Shown one piece after another: positions 57,444-64,000 of a DNA stretch of 64,000 nt (positions are counted from its first letter, which is position 1; each line of letters opens with the position of its first letter). The notes beneath the pieces were generated by a model. The model made no database searches. It saw only the letters and a program-made list of their open reading frames with translations, and was not told the DNA's origin. The translations under genes and the position numbers were made by a program. This DNA comes from the human T2T-CHM13v2.0 reference genome, Homo sapiens: NCBI RefSeq assembly GCF_009914755.1, contig NC_060928.1; one strand, given 5' to 3'.

Positions 57444-58517
57444 ATGTAAGGAAATTTCCAAAGCGGCAGGCCAGGTCTCAGTTGAACAGGCAGGCCTCCA
57501 TGAAAACTGTTTCAGCACTGACTGAATGGTTAAGTTAAATATTAAAGGCTGAAAGAGCCTTACACAAAGGCTGGAATGTAACAGAAGCCCACCAAGAGTC
57601 TTGCTCAGGCCTTTCCTGGGCCTTGAAGCATGTCGAGATAATGAAGGAATTCTTACACTCCTCATACCAGGACCCATCTACGATTAAACAAGTTTTACTG
57701 GGGATCTAAAGAAACTCCCCTGACCTCCTTACCTTAGCTGGAGACAAGATAAGGGTGATCACCTTTGGTACCAGGACCCATCTAAATTAAGTAAATTTAC
57801 TGAGGCTCTAGAAAATGATTGCCAGGACCCAGACCTTAGTTATAGATTATATTGAATCAATCACTTGCGTCTTTAGATGAATGCACACTTGCATGTTGTT
57901 AAAGCAAACTAAATATGGCCCGAGAAGGACACCATACTTCTATATTTGAGTCCTTGTGGACAAATTGCAACCTAGCTAAATAGGTAGATAAGATTGAAAA
58001 CCGAACTTACTAGTATGTGCGTATAACTATAGCTGAGTCTTGGCCAATCCCAGTGGCCATACTTCAACCACTCATACACTGCTGAGTGTTCAAACTGTGT
58101 TCAAATAAGGCAAACGCCGAGCTGTAACCAATCCAGCCATTCTGTACCTCACTGCCGATTTCTGTACGTCATTTTCCTTTTCTGTCTATAAATCTCCTAA
58201 CACCTCGTGGCTGTGCTGGACTCTCTGTGAATCTGCTGTGATTCTGGGGGCTGCCTGATTCGCGAATCATTCATTGCTCAAGTAAACTCCTTTAAATTTA
58301 ATTTGGCTGAAGTTTTTCTTTTATCAACATAGACTCAGTGCTTAGAAGGTATATAAGCACTGGAAAAACTTTGTAACTTTAAGTTGGTCTGGTGAATTAT
58401 CCCTGGCCTTCTCCCTATACCTGGTTACAGAAATAAACTCTTCTTTCCCAGTTCATCTGCATCTCATTATTGGACCATGAGAACAAGCAGCCCAACCCTC
58501 GGTTTAGTCTGGGAACA
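57444..58517 (+). mobile_element. ERV1 solo LTR (family uncertain, LTR24-like), split by MER57
   Basis: TG...CA ends (tgtaagg ... ctgggaaca); TATAA and AATAAA in the right half. Confidence 0.65.
57897..58326 (+). mobile_element. MER57A-like ERV1 solo LTR
   Basis: Starts tgttaaagcaaactaaatatggcc; CCAAT boxes and TATAAA; ends ttttcttttatca. Confidence 0.88.
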
Positions 58518-59049
58518 CTTAGAGGCTTTAAACATTCAGCCTTTTTAAAAATTTTATGTGAATAGTATGAGGAAAATATGTCAACCTACTCAAAGCTTTC
58601 TTTAATCGCTGCTCAATTCCTAGTGGACCTGAGCTTCCAGCTGAGAGTTTTAATTCTTCTGAGGTCCCAGAAGAAGTGTACAAGATCCGGTTTATAACTT
58701 TGAGCAACTTTTTTAAAACTCCTATTTTCTTCTTTTTTTTTAAATTATTTTCTGGATTTTTCAGACCAAAATTGGCCTAAATCTTTTCTTTCTTTCTCAT
58801 CCTCAATTTCCCACCCAAACTCTCTGAGAGGCTCCAAATATTTACTTATTTTCTCCCTGCTCCTTCTGCCCTCTCTCTTTTCTTATTTGGACCAATCTGA
58901 GCCTTCTCCAATGCAAACCCTCCATTTTAGCATCTACTTCTACCTCAGCCAGCTGACTAATCTTATCAATATAAGGAAGGCAAAGTTATCTCCAAATTTT
59001 ACCTTAGGATATTGAGGGGGCAGAGGGGAGAGATACATTTATATTCAAA

Positions 59050-59348
59050 TTTATTTATTTATTTATTTTTTTGAGGCGGAGTCTCGCTGTCTCCCAGGCT
59101 GGAGTGCAGTGGCGCGATCTCGGCTCACTGCAAGCTCCGCCTCCCAGGTTCAGCCATTCTCCTGCCTCAGCCTCCCCAGTAGCTGGGACTACAGGTGCCT
59201 GCCACCACGCCCAGCTAATTTTTTGTTTTTTAGTAGAGGTGGTGTTTCACTGTGTTAGCCAGGATGGTCTCGATCTCCTGACCTTGTAATCCACCCGCCT
59301 TGGCCTCCCAAAGTGCTGGGATTACAGGTGTGAGCCACCACGCCCAGC
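59050..59348 (-). mobile_element. AluY-like
   Basis: caagctccgcc, gccattctcc and gttagccaggatggtctcgatctcc; TSD tatattcaaattt. Confidence 0.92.
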
Positions 59349-60215
59349 AGTATATTCAAATTTATTTAAGTCTTCGTTTGCACGTGGCTTAGTAATACCA
59401 TCTGACCTTCAAGTGATCCAAATGTGTCTTTTGCAAATGAAGACAACCTCTATTCACCAGCCAGTATAGCTAAAGTCATAATACTTATTGCCAATTTCAT
59501 CCTCAACACCATCAGGCACTGAAAGAGCAGGATCTGGAGACAGGGTGGTCATTTAGACTATAACCTGATTTTTTTATTATCCAAATAAAAATTCAAAATG
59601 TAAAACCTCTTGAGGATAACTCAAAAATCTTCAAGACTGCATGGCAGTGTAAGAAACTCAGGTGCCGGCCTCCTACTGGAAACATTTTCCACTCCAGCTT
59701 AGAGTGATTTCCCTCCTCTTTGCTTACACTTTACTCTTTTAACTGTAAATTGCTTGTAGTTGTTAACCACTTTCTCTCTCCCCAGCTAAATCCAAATATG
59801 TAGATTTTTGAACTCAGAAAGCATTTCTTTCTCTCTTTCTCTGTCTTTCCCTTTCTATCTCTCTGTAATGGCCCCAGAGCTTGGAGTCAACAACAATTAT
59901 AAATTGACAATAATAAGTCAGAAGAGAAACAGAAGAAATGCATTAGGAGATTTTTGGGTTTTCTGACAATGGAGCAGGAGAGGAATGAGGCGAGTGTCCT
60001 GGTAGCTAGTTGGACTCAGTGGGTGGACAGCACTGCAGGAGGCAGCTGTGGGGAGCCTCCTCATCATCCTCCTCATCATGCTGCCTGTGGCTCCTCTAAG
60101 CTTCTGATTTCCTTAACAATGAATCTAACTGAGAGGAAAATTCCAAGGCACAACCCAACATGACAATTTAACTCTACACAGAATTTTCTTCTTTTTTTTT
60201 TCCTGTCTCACCTAG

Positions 60216-60408
60216 AATTGTCATTAAGAAATACACAAGAAAACATATCTTCTCTCTTACTTCTTGCCCCATCTTCAATGCAGATGAACCATTTCTGGTG
60301 CAGAAAAGGCTCCGATGCTGCTTTTATGAAGGAACATAATGCTAGCTTGGAGATCACACAATTGCAGACCTCTTTCCTCCGGTTGGGAAATATACTGAAG
60401 AACAGAAG
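60216..60408 (+). other. Candidate non-coding exon
   Basis: Long polypyrimidine tract with cctag|; donor AAG|GTACAG; alternative acceptor at 60284. Unique sequence. Confidence 0.45.
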
Positions 60409-62850
60409 GTACAGTACATTCCAGACAAGGTCCAAGTCCTTTATCCATCCAGAAACTCTCGCAGCTTGACTCCTGTCCTGTATTGCGAAGGGTCACAGAC
60501 ACTTTCTGCGTTAATTATGTATGAGGAACCCTGGAGAGGGATTGAGCCAATGGCCAGATGCAGAAACACTGTCCTGGACCCCTCCCCTAGCAGGAGCAGA
60601 GACCCTGAGGGAGACACTTAAGACATCCTCAATTTCAGTGCAGCCACACACAGCAGGGAATGTGAATAAGGGAGGAGGAAGATCAAAGCGCAGGAGATGA
60701 ACCAGGGAAGAAGCCGAGAAAAATAGACAGGGGGATAAAAGAGAGAGGAGGGCAAAGGAGTGTGAGGGAGAAGAGAAGCAGGAGGGAGACAGGCGGGGAC
60801 AAAAAGAGACAGGGACGCGGCCAGTAATGAGGTGGTTCGTCCCTGTTTCATTTCTTCTCCTTGATAGTTAAACGTTTTCCTTCGGAGCATGCGTCTTCCC
60901 CACTGAAGTGGGTGGGGTGGCACTGGAGGTGAGCAGGCTGTAGCAGTGCTGCTGCCCCCAGGGCTCTGGGTTCTGGTCCTCAGTGGACCCTCACTGTGTC
61001 CTAGGCTGACTTCTCTGAAGTCTGGGCACTTTAAAGTATCCACTCCAGTCAGCTCAGCTATTTCAACTAAATCCATTTCCATCAAATTATCACTTCTAAG
61101 AGTGATAGAAAAATTAATGATTTCTTGAAGGGACTATTGTATTTCAATATTTCAAGCCTGTTGGTGTGATGTGTGTCAGCAAGAGAGAAACATATTGACT
61201 TGGAGCTGCAGCTAATGACGGCTTTTATAAATATCCTGTCAGATACATAATGGCTCTCAATGGATCCAATATGATGTACAGTTCTAAAGCAAGCAGGGTT
61301 TTGCCAAGAGGCTCAAAGGAAACTGCCATCACAATAGCATGGGCTGAATAATGGGATTTTCATTTACCTTTCCGACCACAGAAAGGAGCAGCGGAGAGGG
61401 TGACTCAGCAGGCATCAAGGAGAAGGTGGATTGATTCATCAGATTCCACAAAGGGCCCCAAAAAACCCTAGCTGAGAGCCTCCAGAATACCAAAGAACAT
61501 TTGCATTTGAATCCATTTGACAAATGAGCAGCCAACTTGAAGCACCAGAGGGTCGCTCTTGCTCGGACAAGCATACAGCTCCTCTTGGCTGGCAAGAGCT
61601 GTAGGCCATGCAGGAAAAGCCCTGGGGTCTGCGTAGCTCCAATAGGACTGAACACTGTTGTGACTGGGCAGTGAACACATTCCAATCAGCGACTTAATGT
61701 CCCACTGTCCCCCTTTCCTCTTTTCTTTTCTGTCACTTGCCTTTTTGTCCATTTTGCTTCATATCAGAAAACAAATCTAATGGGGAAACATGAATAAATG
61801 TCAGTTTGCTTCCTCTTAAGAGTTCCAACAAATATTAGGTAAGGAGTGGGTGGGTGGAAGGAATAAAATTGCTGGATGGAGAGAAGATGCTGTTATTGTC
61901 TGTGGATGTCAGTTATCCATAGATGGTTAGGAACTGACCTAGTACTTTACTCTGGCATGCATGCCTGTAATTCATCTTCAAAAGGTATTTAAGGATGAGA
62001 AGTTAGAGGACTTTAGAATTCCAAACAATCCCATTCGAAGTGAAACAGTCACTTACCAGGATTCTTCTGACCTACTCTGGGTTTTAATGTTGTCTTCTCT
62101 TTAAAGCAATTAAGAATCTCTGCTTTCTAACAGATAAATAGAGTTGAAAGAATAATTAAAATGTGGAGCAGAAAATACCCTACCGTGTTTCATATGAGAA
62201 CATGGCAAAAAAGGAGCCAAGCAAATCCACAGAAATTCAAAAGACCTTATCTCAACTGCAATGTTTTTGGTAACAAGTTAAAATACCTTTTTAAAAAAAT
62301 GAAAGTCCAACGTGTTAGTGTACTGCCACTATAGTAAGTTTCCTCATGTAAATTATCTCTAAGTTCCTGCTAAGGTTCTATGTAGGCTTTTAGTGATGGG
62401 GAAGAGAAATCAACTTCATGCACATTTCCTGGATGTGCTTTTGGCTGAACCAAGAGAAACACTTTTCCCACCTCCTCAAACATTATAACCTTTAGTTTAC
62501 AAAATTACTGTGGCATCACTGTGTATCAGTTTATATTTATAATGCCTCCTGTGAGTGGGCTCTTGCAAGAGGTGTGGCCTTTGCACGGCCTACCAGAGAC
62601 ACAGAGAGCCACTCTGCTGCTTGCACCCAGGCACAGTCACACTGTGGAGCCTGGAGAGAGGACTCTTCTACCCTGTACAGGTGATGCAGCATAAACCCTG
62701 GGGTCTCAGTCCCAGGGAAAGTTTGACAGCCCTCAGATGAGAAATATGAGAGATGCATTACTTGCCTTTGTATTTCAGGTTTATAAAGGAAATGGCCTCA
62801 AATAACAACCAATCAAATGGCCCCATGCCTCCCAGGAGTTCAGCTCCTCA

Positions 62851-63390
62851 TGTTACCAGAAAGGAGTCCCAGTCTAGACCCCAAGAGAGGGTTCTTGGAT
62901 CTCATGCAAGAAAGAATTCAGGGCGAGTCCATGGTGCAAAGCAAAAGCAAGTTTATTAAGAAAACAAAGTTTTGAAAGACAGCTATCCTGTAAACAGAGT
63001 AGGACATTCCGGAAAGTAAGAGGAGGAATGCGTCCACCCTAGGTACAATACTTGTTTATATATAAGATTTAAAAAAAAATCATGGGGAGATGTGCTTTGC
63101 TACGAGGGTTTGTGATAAATGATTAATTTTCTTCATTATTATATTTTGCGAGAATCGATATTATTATCCTTAAAGCAAAATTAGGAATGCTTCTGTTCTC
63201 AAGATACCAGGATATCAGTACACTTCTAAGTCTGGGTCTGTTTAGTAAATGTTATCAATCTGTTCCCTTAACTGTAAACACCAGAGGCTAGCAGTACCTA
63301 ACTTTCTGGGAATGCAGCGTAGCAAGTCCCAACCTCATTTTCCTAGTCCTCACTCAAGATGGAGTTTCTCTGGTTGGAATACGTCTGACA
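62851..63390 (-). mobile_element. MER41 (C/D-like) ERV1 solo LTR
   Basis: The minus strand begins TGTCAGACGTATTCCAACCAGAGAAACTCCATCTTGAG; the plus strand begins tgttaccagaaaggagtccc...ccccaagagagggttcttggatct. Confidence 0.88.
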
Positions 63391-63637
63391 CTTGGACATG
63401 TTTTTTAAAGTTAAAAAAAAAAACATGCAAAAAAGCAAACAGAACTGGTTTATATTTTCTTCAGGGCCTCAACCCATCTGTCTGAATTGAGCCCAGAAAC
63501 CTGAAAGCTGGGCATTACCTTAAAACCTTTAGTTATTCACATTGGTGACTCCTGATTGTCCCCTCACACAGACAGCCAAAATATCTTCCCATCTTCTGCA
63601 AAATTATTCTTCCAAATTCTCATTGTTCATCTTGCAG

Positions 63638-63884
63638 ATATGAGGTTGTTGTATCCTAGGAAAGAATGTCAGCCTCTTGCATCCCCTACAATTGGTGAGA
63701 GAAGCCCTGACCTCAATAGCATGAGAAGACCTGGATTCTGATGCGAGCTCCACTAGCAGCCTGCTCTCCTGACTCCCCAGTGATCATTTCTCCTGTGTAC
63801 TCTGGGGCTGATACCTACCCTGTCTTCCTGCTTTGCCCTTGAGGACTTTAGATGAGCAAAATGCAAGAGACATTCCTATGAAAG
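63638..63884 (+). other. Candidate non-coding exon, partly MIR-like
   Basis: Acceptor ttctcattgttcatcttgcag|; donor AAG|GTGTGT. Confidence 0.4.
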
Positions 63885-64000
63885 GTGTGTGGCATCATGC
63901 AATGTGTAGTATTTATAATCCTTTTGTCCACTCGGCCTTGTCACCCTTACAAAGACAATACATCTCACCTTGGTACCCAACTGCCTTTTGCTTCTCAGTG

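Noticed and set aside
60618-61085. 155-aa minus-strand ORF as a real gene
   Set aside because: No recognisable domain, and the C-terminal half is the translation of a low-complexity pyrimidine tract; not supportable without Ribo-seq or PhyloCSF.

Overview
Primate, almost certainly human, genomic DNA (it carries an AluYb8 with all its diagnostic positions). I see no intact protein-coding gene: most listed ORFs are Alu-, L1-, Tigger- or ERV-derived, or chance ORFs. The main element is a minus-strand HERV-W (HERV17/LTR17) provirus at 23161-28568 with a 4-bp ATAT TSD. It has a complete 3' LTR and decayed env and pol. An internal deletion joins the first ~138 bp of the 5' LTR directly to RT, removing the promoter, PBS, gag and pro. 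It sits in an LTR8 solo LTR, which sits in an old L1M. Also present are a full-length Tigger1 interrupted by two Alus, a twin-primed (5'-inverted) L1MA with a nested ERVL LTR, many solo LTRs, several multi-layer nests, and Alu/L2/MIR/MER fragments. Repeat-poor stretches (~29-33, 35-42 and 59.4-62.8 kb) hold CpG-retaining patches, small hairpins and several plus-strand exon-like segments, which may belong to a lncRNA I cannot name. Family names are from recalled consensus sequences, not a database search. I found no convincing evidence for a wholly new biological system; the findings are candidates to test.
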